The position numbers and the translations under genes are program-made. Source: Chlorokybus atmophyticus (lineage: Eukaryota > Plantae > Mesostigma and Chlorokybus algae). Taken from it: DNA of 64,000 bases. Location of the stretch: NCBI GenBank assembly GCA_009103225.1, contig RHPI01000003.1, positions 342,900 to 406,899 of the forward strand. Reading direction: 5' to 3'. The notes under the pieces are model-generated. The model made no database searches, had not been told where the DNA came from, and saw nothing but the letters and a program-made list of their open reading frames with translations. Shown piece by piece: positions 37,319 through 50,779 of this stretch; position 1 is the first letter of the stretch, and every line of letters begins with the position of its first letter.

Positions 37319-39847
37319 GGTTGGCAACTACGTGTGTGCGTGTGCAGAGAGATCGATCAACCGAGGTGCAGCTAGTGAACCTCTCCTCCAGCTGCTCCCT
37401 CCCTGCTGCTGCATGCGCTAAACCCTAATTCACGCAGTGGACACACAACATGTAGTGGTGCATGCAGTTATGGACACAACTAGCAGCAGCTTAAGGAGCA
37501 AGCTGTCAATCCTCCATGTCCTCACCTGCCTTGCGGGGCTGTGTGCTGCTCAGCGCAGGGTCCTTGTCGCCGCCGCCGGCAATGCTGGACACCAACACCG
37601 CTGATGACAAGCAGTGGTGATATTGCTATATGGCCAATTTGGATATAGAACTGTGCATGCAGTTATGAGTCATTAACAACGACAACAGCTGCAGATTACC
37701 AAAGGCACTGTGTGAGTCACACTGCCTTTAATAACACCTGTGACCAAAACACTCTAGGCTAGAAAGAGGCTGAAAGGTCTACACGTTATAGTGTTTAAAG
37801 ACAACCATACAATTGATTATTGAAGTGGTGAAGTAGCACCATTCACGATTGCATAACTAGTTTAATACGTGTTATTAATACGAGGTCAATATTAATGTAA
37901 GTTATTACTTATAATATTGAGCGCTCGTATAAAAAAGAAAATGGGATATCATAATGTGGTGGAATGTTACGATGCATCTTTATTATCATGCTTTTCTCAT
38001 GTGTGCGAATCCTCATATTAAAGCAAACCACCAATGCATCCAATTCCAATTTAAATACGCAATAATTTTAAATGATCAGTTTTATTGACTCAGTTACCAT
38101 CATGATTGTGCATTTAAAATGTATAAGTTCTTTTAGTAAACATGTCTTACATAGCTAGATGTGCTATTTTTTTATACACATTCATTAATTTAAGCATACC
38201 ACATTAAATATGTATAAGCATGATGTATATACAAATATAATGCTATCTATGATGGTAGCAGCTTAACGCTTCGCATGCCATTCTACTTCTACAAGTGTCA
38301 TATAGATTCTAGTATGATGTACTTGTTCTTGAACGTGCACATGATAATATCATTATCAATATGTGCAAGTGTGGCAAACGTGCTTCATATTTCATTACAT
38401 ATTGTCAAGTGCTGCATGCGTGACTAGTGTAATTGTACATTTGCATTGCACTATTTTGCATTACATACAAATATGCTTGCGTACGCAATACCGATGAAAG
38501 ATGAAATATACACATGTATGCGCATTCAAAGCACATCGCATACACATAACAACTTTGAGGTATGTCTACATCAATCTACAAGCATGTGATTGGCATGGAT
38601 GCAAGAGATATGTATGTAGTACCATTACCAAGCGAGGGGATGGAAGAATGTATATCAATGCAAGGGGAGGGTAGCTTATCGTAAACACTGTCATTTCTTT
38701 TGCAAGCTTTCAACGATGCAGGAGTATGATCGCTGCAATTTACGTGTGTATCGTAGTTGAGATTGCATTGGTATGCACGATGCATATGCCGATATGCCAG
38801 CATTCCTGTTACTCGCGCATGCAGTGTGATCACTCATGCCAAGTACTCAATCAGCAAAGAACGCGTACACAACCAAATACGACAACACAAAGCACAACAA
38901 AGCAAACACGTATATCAAGAAACTCACACCTTCATATAGCATCAACGTTAACATGCACAAGCCACAACCAACACAACGTATACCATGATGTTACACGTAC
39001 CTATTTCCTCCAAGCCCCCACTCCTACCATGCCATACACACTACAGTATCAACAGTAGCAACAATAACACACCTGCTCGAAGGGCGGAGAAAAAAACAGA
39101 GAGAAATGGAGAGGTTGAGAGTTAGCGTGCATTGAGCAGTGCGCAGGTGTGTAATTGAGTCGGTGCCGAGTGGGGGGGTTGATTGTGAGGTGAAGCAGCC
39201 GGCAGTATGGCAAGGTACACACGATATGATGTGTGCGTGTGTGTGAGAGGCTTATACTATGCATATGCGCGGAAAAGTTAAGATATCACTGACAGCCCAA
39301 ATGGATATAAGTTATAACGGGGGGAACATCAACGTGCATGCAAGTGTATGTGTGTAAGTCCACAAGACAGCTATGTGTTCGCATGTAAAAGCCCAACTTT
39401 CAATTGGAGTGTGGTAAAGCATTTCATACACTATGATTGGGAAACTCATAGAACATATTCCTCACATTCACTTTCCACCACCAGAATCAGCTATTTGCGT
39501 TTCTTTTCACCTATACCCCATTGAAATAATTCAGTTTCCTATTCCCACTATTACCTCACCCTCTTTAATAGATAAGCATGCAACCCCGGCATTGCAATAT
39601 GCGAAGCATACCACTGGCAGCAGCCTTTGCATCCAATCTCTCTTTACCCAATGGCGGCATTCAAGCGAACACCTCTGTTTAACAAAAATCCGTGTTTCAC
39701 AATACACAACCAGCCCATCAAACTAGCTGGCACTAGACTACTGTGGCACTACCTACTGTATGTCACAGACTACGATGCTCAGTGTGCACTGCGCTGTGCA
39801 GTATTTTTCTACAAAACTGAACACACCCAGCTGCACTAGCTGCTTGT

Positions 39848-41818
39848 TCAACAGGTGATGCGCAGCGGAAGTGTGAGGGGTGCCTTAATCTTGCGATCGA
39901 CCGTGAACAGGCCCCAGCTGTTACCCACCGAGCCAGGAGGATTACTCGCAGGGTTGCTACCATCAAAGGCATTGAACCTGCACAACACCGTCAGAGACAT
40001 GAGCAGGTAGTGGATTGTGTTCGCACGTCACACAAGAGGGGTAAGCACACTCACCAGAAGCCTCGAAGGTTGTTCTTGCGGTTCAGGCAAGTGATGTCGG
40101 TGAGGTAGCGCTTCATGTTGGCGGGGGATGGCACTGCAACACCGTTTTTGTTGCTGAAGTCGGGACCCGCTGAGGGCCAGCCAGTCTCCGTGTTGATAAT
40201 GCGATAGTTCTTCCACGCGGGCATCTTGGCCTTGATGTCGCGGTAATGCTTCTCATAGACGTCCGTGGCTGGTGCACCAATAGCATAACCCTCCCTGTAA
40301 GAACAAACAAACGTCAACAACCATGCATGTTGGTACACGGCTTAATCATGGGTTGCGGTGTGAGCACGGTGCATACCAGTAAGAGAAGGCGTTGTAGGAC
40401 ACCCAGTCCTCTTGGAGTAGCAGCTGTGGGTTTGCTAGCTTTTGTGCCCACACGTCTGCCTCCGTGACAAGAATACGGCCGTTGCCTGTTGCATGCAGCA
40501 GCTGCCGAACCTGTGATTAATGAGGTGTTAGCGCTAGTTCGCAAGATGGCGTCTGTTGCAAGGGAGGGAGCCCACACCAGAGCATGCTACGTACCTGGAA
40601 CATTTTCCTAATGACGTACTCAGCAGTCACCTCCTTGCGGTAAAGGGTTTCTGACCCAACAATGATACCCTCCACGTTGCCCAGGCCAAGAGGGATCAAC
40701 TTGTTCTTCAGATAATTATACTCGTTCTGCAACCGCATAAACCAGGTCAGTAACGCCAATGTACCTAACCAGCAAGCCCGGTTATCAATCGACTTAACAA
40801 CCACTCCACCTGGAACAAGCCGTCATCAGAGCCTATCCACATCCCAAGCCACAGCTTGAAACCCTGCCGCTTAGCCTCTTGAAGATAGATTCGGCCAGCA
40901 TCGCAGCCATCCACCGAGAATGTGCGCAGGCGGCTTGTCACTTGCTTCAGCACCTGCGGGAGAATGAATACCTTACTATATATTGCTGCAATAAACTAGA
41001 AAGGCAGATGTGGCCGTCGCTGCGGTGTTTCTGTGCATGAGTATACCTTGAAGTCAGCGCGGATGCTAGCAAGCAGGTCGTTTGCCGGCGGGCAGTAGGG
41101 GTTGTTGGGGTCACGGCTGGCACCCCAGTTAAGACCCCACAGCGGTGGTGCATTGTTGGTTGGCACTGGTGGCAGAACCACATCCTTCACTGCAAACACA
41201 CGCACTCACCGGTCATGGCCCTGATAGTGCCCAAGACTACCCTACACTTGTGTAACCGTGTTTGCTGCACAGTAAGCAGGTACGCTTGAGACAGTACTTA
41301 CCGCATGTTTGGTACAGCTCGCCAGAGCCGCTGAAACTGCACTGATCAGCGAGTGGTCCATTCGCCTGAAAGTACCTATCCATCAACCTGCTCGCCTGGC
41401 TCCGAGCTGCAGCGACATCCCCGGGGCATGCCTGCATGTCATAAATGTAACCGTCAGGATTCTCAGCACATGTGTGTGTGGTGGTTTGAAACTTGCTGCA
41501 CGTTGCAGGTCAATAGCACAAAGAAAGCTACCTTGTCTTGAGCAGAGCAAGTGCCAGCCACGTTTGTGCAACAGCAGATGTAACCAATGGTTCCTGTAAC
41601 AAACAACGCATAAGAATCTGATACGGCAAGTTGGTTTTATAAACTGTCAGGTCAGACATGCATAAAGCTGATGCTGGGGCCCTTCTCAACATACCGCAAA
41701 GAGACGCCTGGCTGACGCTACTCTTCGCTCTGCAATGCGGCAAGCAAGTTGCGTGAGCGCCACTCCAGGAAAGCGCTGCCAGCGCCAATACCAGCAGCAG
41801 TGCCACTTGGCGCACCAT
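39848..41818 (-). CDS. Secreted GH17 beta-1,3-glucanase/glucanosyltransferase with N-terminal X8 (CBM43) domain
   Basis: Signal peptide; HCRAKSSVSQASLCGTIGYIC...QASRLMDRYFQANG...CSFSG (X8); Pro-rich linker; GH17 barrel with RLRTFS, KLWLGMW, IIVGSETLYR (acid/base Glu), NAFSYW, INTETGWPSAG (nucleophile Glu), FNAFD and WGLFT. Exons join in frame at GT-AG sites. Confidence 0.88.
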
Positions 41819-42149
41819 GTTTGAAACACGCTCACACTGCACAGTGAGGGAACACAGTCTGTGAGCGAAACGTAAGCGGAAACACGCGCAGAGCATACGT
41901 CAGAGCAATAAAAGTAGTGCACTACAAGCACACTGCAAGACACAGCGTGTCACACCATCTCAGCCATGCAGTCAGCCTTGCAATACTCAATCTGCGGTAA
42001 CGTAATAAACATGTCATACTTCAGTATGAGCTGACCAACCAACACATCAAGCGGTCATATATGTGCACCAAACCCGTTTCTTGGACAGACCAAGCCAGCT
42101 ACACGACATGCACGCCTCAAGCAGACACAGCTCAGCTCCACCGACACAT

Positions 42150-42540
42150 CTACTGTTCACAGCTATTGCGACCAGAACGCTAGGACACCAAATCAGCCAT
42201 ACCGGAGCTGCGAAGCAGTCTTCCTCAAACACCGCCGCCGCCGCCTGGGCTCAACCCGACACGGTGCAGTGAAGTGTGGCAAGCAGCTATATGTACTTGC
42301 GTGGCACACATTGGATAGTCCCAGTACCAACCGTACGATTGTTTGGCACGGGATGTCCGCGTAGCATCGCACGGCTCAGAAGCGACGCAGCTGCCACACG
42401 CCAATTTCCCGGCCTCGACGTTCCATTCATTGAAGTACAGCGTAGAGAAACTCCGCCGCGTATTATGGACCATGATTATATCAATGGTGGGCAAGTTGAT
42501 GTCATAAGTGCCCAACCTGCACAACTGACACTGTGCTGCG
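42150..42540 (-). CDS. Cys/Trp-rich coding exon(s), possibly an SRCR-like extracellular domain; gene model incomplete
   Basis: Open exon RLGTYDINLPTIDIIMVHN...NEWNVEAGKLACGSC...YGWYWDYPMCATQ with splice-like ends. The W...A..AC and W.D...C spacing recalls SRCR. Confidence 0.3.
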
Positions 42541-43726
42541 GTAAAGTGACCGAGAAAATTACTCATATCGGCGCCTTGCATTCTTGATATTGGTTATTCG
42601 GGCGGTGTTCGGGTCCTGCAGCGGTGCCGTCTTGGATCACGGTTTAGCCTCAACCGCAAAAGCTTGCTTGCTCACCGTGGCGTCACAATTGGCGGTGATG
42701 CACGGGTGCGGCGCGTGAAGGGGTGGCGCAGCGCGCAACGCGGTTGGCGCATGGCGCTACGCAACACGTGGCCGCCAGGAAGGCGTAGCTGTATAAATCA
42801 TGGCACACAATTGGCAGGTGCCCACTGAATACCCTGCATGAGCCCAGCGCATTGCGGTGTAGCTTGATCACGGTATGCAAATGCATGATATTATTGATAC
42901 GGTGTTCAACATCAGACTGCAAGCACAGCAGTGATATCACACGGATATTAAGGTAAAGTTTTTGCCTAATGCATTACACGTACATCTGACACAACCCCGC
43001 GTAGCTTACTTGTGCACATTTTTGGCGTAATATGGCCATATTTCAACTTTGTTTGCTGCCATTAATGCGGTCCCTTGCTTGTGTTGCTGTGCTAGCATAC
43101 TGGCCCCTGTATTCTACGAGACGCACATAAGCAACCAATGTATACGTATACGTATACTTGTATATGCTGCTGTTTAATATGATTGCTTGCGATAGCACGC
43201 TTACGCAAGTTGTATTTCATTTTTACATATATGCATCTTGCAATATGGTTGCTTTATTATATACACATTTGTATATAATTGAAGCATTTGTCCCATATGT
43301 ATACAACAACTGCAATTGCGGTATTCGCGATCAATTAACATTCGGTAATATATACGCGTGTGTGTTCTTGTGCGCACATAACGGCACACATGTGTGCAGT
43401 ATCTATGTGACAAATGTGTACATTTGTTGTTACTTTATAAGCAAAGCAAACACTTCACAACAATGTGAGATGTAGTCAACCTTACGACACGCCTGACGTA
43501 GCACATGTGGAAACATGCTTATTAACACAATCACACCATACAAGCTATCCTAAGCCAAGAGTTTTATTGACTTGCTACCTTGGTAGCCGTGCAAGGGCTG
43601 CACTTATGATCACATCAAAATTGCGAGCATGTTGGATGGCCAACAACGCTCATGACATTGAGCACCACTATGTACACTACTCGCCGTTGTGTCACCTTTG
43701 GCAGAACTGTGACCTCAAGAAGACTT

Positions 43727-45715
43727 TCATGGGCTCAGTTTGCGGTTGCCTGTGGCTTTGGCATTGGCTGTGTACGCCCTGGTGCAATCATTCCGCGTGC
43801 AGGTCACAGAACCACCCTGCCAGCACCAGGCTGTAAGTAGTATTCGACAAGCTTTATGTCATGAATGGTGTAAGCCAGTAGAATTGCGACTTGTCATGCA
43901 CCAAACAAGTGCGCTTACCGCCTGGCACTTGCAGACGTTGCAGCGCTCATACCACATCTGACCAGCTTGCTTAGGGGAGTTGTGGTACTCGCAGGAAGCG
44001 CACACGCCTTCAATGCACCTCAACCCGCGAGTGCAACATTCCTGCATGGACCACAACATGAACTTATGGACCGCAAAGGTGGGTTGTAATAAGGATGTGG
44101 TGCCCAAGCGCAAGCGTCATAACCGCATGCAGCAGGCCATATGATTTACTAACCGTGCTGGGGCAAGTTGCGCCAGGAGCAAGCCTTGCTTTGCAGCTGC
44201 CGGCAGAGCAGAACTCGTTTGCATCGCAGTCAGTGGACACCCTGCACCTCTGCAACACAGTGAACACAATTCAGTAAGTCGCATACATATGGCGTGGGTA
44301 CGCAAATCCTTATCATGCGCACGGTTGTGAGCAGTACCGAAGGGCAATTGGTCCGGTCACACTTCATGCTGGGATAGTTGGTGTAGCATGTGCACATGCT
44401 GCAGCCGTCTGTGCCCTTGCAAGTCTGGCGCAACTGCATGCACCACACTGTATCAAACTGGTTGCTGAATGCGATTCAATCAAGACCACAGACCGCAGAC
44501 CAACCTTACAAAACAGCACGCTGGACCTGTCGATTGCAACCATACCTGATAAACTTTGCCTGCGTACATGCAGGACCCGCAGACTCCATTTTTCGTGGCG
44601 CTTGCACCGAGGCAAGTGAGACCTGCACAGGCACACCATGGGTCAACTTGCTCAGCTACTGAGCAGCTTGCATGCCAGGTGCAGCTCACGAGCATGCTGA
44701 GTATATGCATGTGTGTAACATGGCCTGCAAGCTTACCTGCCCTGCACTTTGCAACTATCTTTGCCGCATTGGGGTACGTGCACGAGCCGCCAGCACCTGT
44801 GCACAAACTCAAGTAAGGCTGGGACTCGATAGTGCGAAGGCATGCAGATAAAGCGGTCCAGGTGTATGTGGTCACAGCATGCACGGTTTCACTGTGTTCA
44901 TGTCTTGTGACCTGTGCGAGGCGTGCAGTAACCGCCACTGCACCACTGTGTGCCGCACTGACTGTCATTGGTGCACTGCGTACAACATGTTTGTTAGCCG
45001 AGCTCATGACAACAGTGACACACACCGAATGGGGTATGCACAGCAGTGTGCGCACTTGACAAGCAAACACACACATGCATGTGCGATGGCACAGGAGAAG
45101 GTAGGTGCATAGTACAGTAAGGTTCAATGCATATGTGCATGCGAGTGTATTGATAAGCTGGTTGTGGACAATAGCGCTAAACATGCCAGCGCTGCTACCG
45201 CTGATTGTCACCAAGAATTGCACGCGCTCACGAAAGAACATCAAGCAATGAGACAACTCGAGCAGCCAACTATACTGAGTAACTTTATATATCAATCCTC
45301 AGCCAGCAGCAGCCGTCAGCTTACCCGGCAGACGGCTTTGGTGCAGCCCACGGATCCGGTTTGGGCGTTGCACGAGCACACGTTGCAGCCGTCGCCGGCG
45401 GGGAAGCTGCTGCCGCCGGTGTAGGGCTTGCCCTGGTAAACGCAGTTTGCTGCTGCCGCCTGCAAACCATCAAGCATGCCAGTCATCAATACTTGTGCTT
45501 GTCCAGCTAGCTCTTAAGCAAGACCACTATCAGCCTGCAGCTCTGTGTAGATCCTTTCAATACATTGCAGTTCTGTAACAGCTGAATTGACGTGCCAGGA
45601 CAGCAACAAGTACCTGTGCAGTTACCTGTGGAAGCAGCGACAGCAGAAGGAGAGCGCCGGCGGCGGCGGCAAAGCAGGCCGCAGCAAGTGGCGGGAAACC
45701 CATCGAGGCGGCCAT
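43727..45715 (-). CDS. Secreted Cys-rich protein with three VWC/pacifastin-like repeats alternating with two EB/Dkk-like modules
   Basis: Signal peptide MAASMGFPPLAAACFAAAAGALLLLSLLPQ; CVYQGKPYTGGSSFPAGDGCNVCSC...CTKAVC; CMYAGKVYQ...DGCSMCTC...CDRTNC; CEYHNSPKQAGQMWYERCNVCKC...CTRNDC; spacers CTNDSQCGTQWCSGGYC and CRVSTDCDANEFCSAGSC. About nine exons join in frame. Confidence 0.8.
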
Positions 45716-47460
45716 CAAGTCGAAGGAGGAAAGGGGGGACGAGCAGAGTGAGACGCCAGCAGCAAACAAGCAAGTTTGAACTTGCTGATCAGCGTGAGCA
45801 AGCAGCAACAAGCATACAAGCGAGCAGCAAGGCTTTTCAGCTTTAAGCCTTGAGGTTTGCCAGTCACATGCACAGAGACTCTCTGCTTGCTGCACCTTTC
45901 GATAGAGCTGCCGCGGGTTCAACTTTTAACTGCAGCCTGCTGGCACAAGCTTTGTTTTGTTAACGGGGCTGTGGCAAACGGAACCCCAGCCCAACTGACT
46001 GCAAAACCCGCCAAACTCGCTAGCCAAGCGCAGTTTTGCAAACCTCTCCCTCGGCCGTAAAACACCGGTCAGTTAGTCGCTTCTTCCCGCCTTCCCGCGC
46101 GCTCTTTCGGCTGACGAGCAGTGGCGGTGCTGCTGCAGTGTACAGCCGTTTTGACAGTCCGCGGCAACCGTGAGATGCTGGTTTGTTAACCCGCTGGAAG
46201 AGGCAGGAAATAACCCAGGCCAGGACCAAACTGACTGTCGCAATTCGCGCGCCGCCGCCCGTTACTGATTGTAACCGACGGGAGCTCTCGTTAACGACAA
46301 ACAGCAGGTGGGGCTTTTCAACTGTAACTGCCCGGCACGTGACGTGAGGCGTCGCGGTCATGTGGAGCATTTGGCTGTGAACCATTGGCGGCGAGTGCCA
46401 CCGGCACTGCTCAATCCTCAGCACAAGGGAAAGTCCCCATGCCTACAGCAACCAACACTAGCTATGCATACAGGTAGATTCTGCTGCAGCTAGTGAATTG
46501 CCTCAATGTCTTGTATGTTATCCTAAATATGTGTACTTGACTACGTGACGCCTCCAAAGTACTTACATGTTTATTGATGCAAATGCATGTGTTTAGTTAT
46601 GGTTTACATACTTGTATAGCATCGTTTATGTATGATTATTGACGATTTTGCATATCAATACATAACATGTCACATTCTTGATTAGTTCAGAACCCTGGTA
46701 CATCACATGTACATGATGTCCGTAAATGCAATACAAACTTTTGCTTCAAAGTACATAATTCTTATCGTAATATCGCGATAATGTTACATGTATGTAACAT
46801 GATAAAATACATATAATAATAACACGCGACACACCACACCGAGTTTATAAGATTAAAATCCTTGCGCCTTGAACACCGTGTGAAAGCGCTTAATAGATGT
46901 TTTCAACATGTAGAGAATGTTGAAGGAAAAATTAGATAAAAATGGTCTCTTTCACGAACAAATCGCATCCTAGTAGACCATGGACGACAAAAAGACAGCG
47001 TAATGCTACACTTCGCATAAAGTCAACCATCTTCCAAACTCAAGTGCATGCAAACAGCTATACAGTATGTGGTATTGCTTGGCAGGATGAACAGAGTTGA
47101 CACCTTCGCTTTCTACCAATTCTAGCACTTTGTTATGCCCATAGCCCGGCGTGTTCATCTTCACATACGACATCCATGCTGTGTTTTTTTGTTTAACCAG
47201 TCGCGCACGCTCTTGCATGAAAGACCATGCTTGCATGCATTAAACAATCGATTAATTAAGTAATGGAGTGCAGTTCGTAATGGTTGGTTGAGACTGTAAT
47301 AAGCGCTTTGTGCAATGCTCGGTGCTGTACTCGAATCAAGCAATCTCATACGAGTTTACACATTTGAGAATGTGCAACGCAGTTGCATTACCTTAAATGC
47401 TTTACAATGTTTTGATGAAAGCCACATACTAGTAATTGAAGCTGGGCCGATTACTGGTAT

Positions 47461-47554
47461 TGATCATTTATGACGGCTTGTGCAATGCCGTCATAAATGA
47501 TCATGACGGCATTGCACAAGCCGCATTTATGACGGCTTGTGCAATGCCGTCATG
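47461..47554. repeat. Nested palindrome array
   Basis: 17-bp perfect inverted arms TGATCATTTATGACGGC/GCCGTCATAAATGATCA around a 9-nt loop; the core unit recurs in +, -, + orientation. Confidence 0.95.
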
Positions 47555-48396
47555 AAACTCAGAGAAAGTGGGGCAAAACTCAGTCACTCTTGTCTCTTAA
47601 GCATTGGAGAGCTCTTTGTATAGAAAAACAGCGCTTGTGTTTCCACAATCTTCACTATCATGATCGCTCTGACTGTCGCAATTATTTCCGCTACCGAGTG
47701 AGGAATGTATGCACATACGACATAATGATACATACTCAATAGGGGCCGATGTGGTGGTGGACGTACATGCCGCAATCGCATGAGAGTTTTAAGTGTGTGG
47801 CTGTTTTGGCCGACTTTGCATTTAGACATGCATGCCCATGGTGAGTGGCCTTCAATCCAACTGCTTGTACACAATCGCAACGGTGCCCACTTGTTGTCTT
47901 GTCGTGGCTCACTACCACATGTTTAAACGTGTAGATGTTGATAAACCGCTAAGTGACAGTAAATTTAATAGTTGAGATTATTGCTGCATGAAGTCCAGAC
48001 TTTAAGACATAGACAACTTTGTAAAAATGTTCAATACTGCATCAATCGCGTGTTAAGTGCGCAAAATTAAATGGCAGCGTGCACTGCGTTATCAATCGTG
48101 TGAGGCACCGACAAGTTCACATTAATTGACATTAACACGTTCGCTCGCAAGTTCAAAGATATACACTAAACACAATTGGTTGACTTATCGGATGCTGTTG
48201 ATTCTCACGATTACTTGGGAGACTTGACCACTGCAGGTGGAATTGCAGAGTTCAGCAATAATGACATGGCCTCCAAGCTGTCATGTGCATCCCACAATTA
48301 CGATCATTATGTTGTGTTGCCTTTCTCACAAATATCAACATGGGCACTATGCTTGAACATCAGCCTCTACGCGGACCACCGGTCGGAGGCTCATGT

Positions 48397-48614
48397 ATAC
48401 ATGTATGGGATTGTCAGTAGTTCTGATGCAGCAGCAAGCACACTCACAAACAATCTCCGAGAGTTGAGTCAACACTCACAATACAAGTCAACACAAGCCA
48501 ACACACAGGCACTCTTAACTACCAACACCCAGGGGCAGAAATTAGCTACATGCTATGTTTAAGTGCATGCAAAGAGGTGGGATGGGAGCGGGCAAGGGGC
48601 AAGTAGACAGCAGT
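48397..48614. repeat. Left member of a diverged about 200-bp inverted repeat pair (partner 60258-60447)
   Basis: atacatgtatggg...tagctacatg...aagtgcatgcaa..gtgggatgggagcggg.aaggggcaagtagacagcagt matches the reverse complement of 60258-60447. Confidence 0.8.
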
Positions 48615-50367
48615 AAGGGCAACCGTATATATATTATACACATAATGAGATTCAGTGTTGCAATGGTGCAAGCGCATCAACCAGCCTATGGATACCTCAC
48701 ATTCGAGATGCCCCCTACATCATTTATCACAGCAAGACTTATAAGTGGTGCACTGCATGTGACGCTCATTAGCAACAGGTGTTGAACGGCTGAACATGAT
48801 TGCTTATTAGGCAAACGTTGTCGTTGCATTTAGGTTTTTATGTGAACCATGGCACCGCTTAGAACTGCAGACCTGTGATGCCGTGCACCTGCATAATTGC
48901 CGTGGATCCCATGGCGCGTGACGTGGAGCCATTGGTGAGTTACCCAAGGTGTCATCCAAGTGAGCATACATTTCTATCGCAATGAATGCATAGACAATTG
49001 GCAACAACATCCGCCATGTTCAATTATAACGACGGATGCATAGACAAGGGTGTGTACATACATGATTGTGCGTTAGCACTCACTTTCGACAAACGGGCTC
49101 TATAATAACATTGCAGCACAACACATTGCTCATTGTAATATTAACGACATGCGCATAATTAGGACCCGTGAAATTTTAATCATAGAGCTTAACTCCATGT
49201 CAGAGCTGATGGGCTGTCGTGCCTGCCATGGTCAACGGTCACGCCGTCTCGGGCACATCGGGGACGAGCGCTCATGCCGTGGGCATGCTGGTGCTGCGCG
49301 CAGCATTGGAGCAACACAAATGAAGACAGCCCCCTAGAAATAGGCATAGGCTCGGGGATGAACCTATGTGAGGATCGGTCAGTAGTAGAGCTAGTGACGC
49401 TCTTCTCCTTACTGTATTTATTGTGATGTAGTACACACAGTCAACAAGCCGCTACGATAGGTAGTGCTGTGTACACAGCTCTTTGCATGAGTGGATGATG
49501 TATTACATTGTTAAGTGAGGTGAATGAACAAGCGACTCAGCGATGCTATGTCCTGACTGATACAGTAAACACACCTCCGCCAAGCTCACCGCAATGACAA
49601 GCACAACGCACAAGAGCATGCACTGTGTCTCACGTGGTAAGGCAATCCTTGGCAACCGGGACGATGTGCTTCCAGTTTAAGTTGCTTCACAACCTCTTTA
49701 AAGTCAGAGTGTCTACTCTTAGTACTCACGCACAGTGTCACCAGCGAGTCTAGTGACATGACTTCCTACTTATACATGTCACATAATGACTGTGCAGTGC
49801 CATGCGGGCACTAGGCCAATGGTCACATCGAGGCCATATGCTACCACGGAAATGTCCTAAGACTTGATATAGCACATGAGCTGATAATAGATTCATAACT
49901 GATCAGCTATGTGCGGTTCCTATAGAGAAGTCTGTAGAGTAGCCCTAGCTACATGCTACATGGAGTACGAAGTAGCTAGCAACAGACTGGGGCGCGCGCG
50001 GTCTTTATGCTGGTAGCCCGGGCTTGGGACTGGATGTTGGCATGCTCGAGGAGGACTGGCATGTGAGGGTTGGCATGACAGCTGTCGTGCCTGCTATGGT
50101 CGAGGGTCACGCCGTCTCGGGCACACTGCAGACGAGCGCTCATGCCGTGGGCATGCTAATGCTGCGCGCAGCATCGGAGCAACACAAACAAAGACAACCC
50201 CCCAGACATAGGCATAGGCGCGGGGATGAACCTATGCAAGGATCGGTTAGTAGTAGAGCTGGTGATGCTCTCCTCCTTACTGTATGTACTGTGCTGTAGT
50301 ACACACAGCCAACAAGCCACCCTCCTGAAGTTCGGGGGTAGCCGCCTGCTCCAGAACTCCGCTTTTA

Positions 50368-50625
50368 TCAACTGTGTGGGGGACCGTTGATGCGGCAGTC
50401 ATCGCACCAATACTCCCACAGCGGCACCTTGCATAATGGAGGGTTAAGGCAGTAACAGTGCATGCCTTGGTTGCAGCCTGCGCATAACAGCATCACCGGG
50501 TCGTTGTCGGCACTGCCACATTTTTCGCAGCGGGTGCCTTGCAGCGGGCGCGGGTGCTGGATCTTGCTGAAGCCAGCAATATGGGGACGATGACAGGGCG
50601 CGCAGTTCACCATGTTGTCCTTCAT
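50368..50625 (-). CDS. PHD finger (C4HC3) at the 3' end of the retroelement pol
   Basis: CEKCGSADNDPVMLLCAGCNQGMHCYCLNPPLCKVPLWEYWCDDC. Confidence 0.95.
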   Translation of the reverse strand: MKDNMVNCAPCHRPHIAGFSKIQHPRPLQGTRCEKCGSADNDPVMLLCAGCNQGMHCYCLNPPLCKVPLWEYWCDDCRINGPPHS

Positions 50626-50779
50626 GCGCTCGCCTTGTTGTCCCAGAGTGCCTCGGTGGCCTGGGTCTTGCGTCCTGAACGTAGCGCAGCGACAACGAAC
50701 ATGGCCGCTACGTCTGAAGGTGCGGCTGTAGGACCCAACTCGTGTCAGGCTTTTGTTGCATCGTTGGTGCTGAGGTGGG

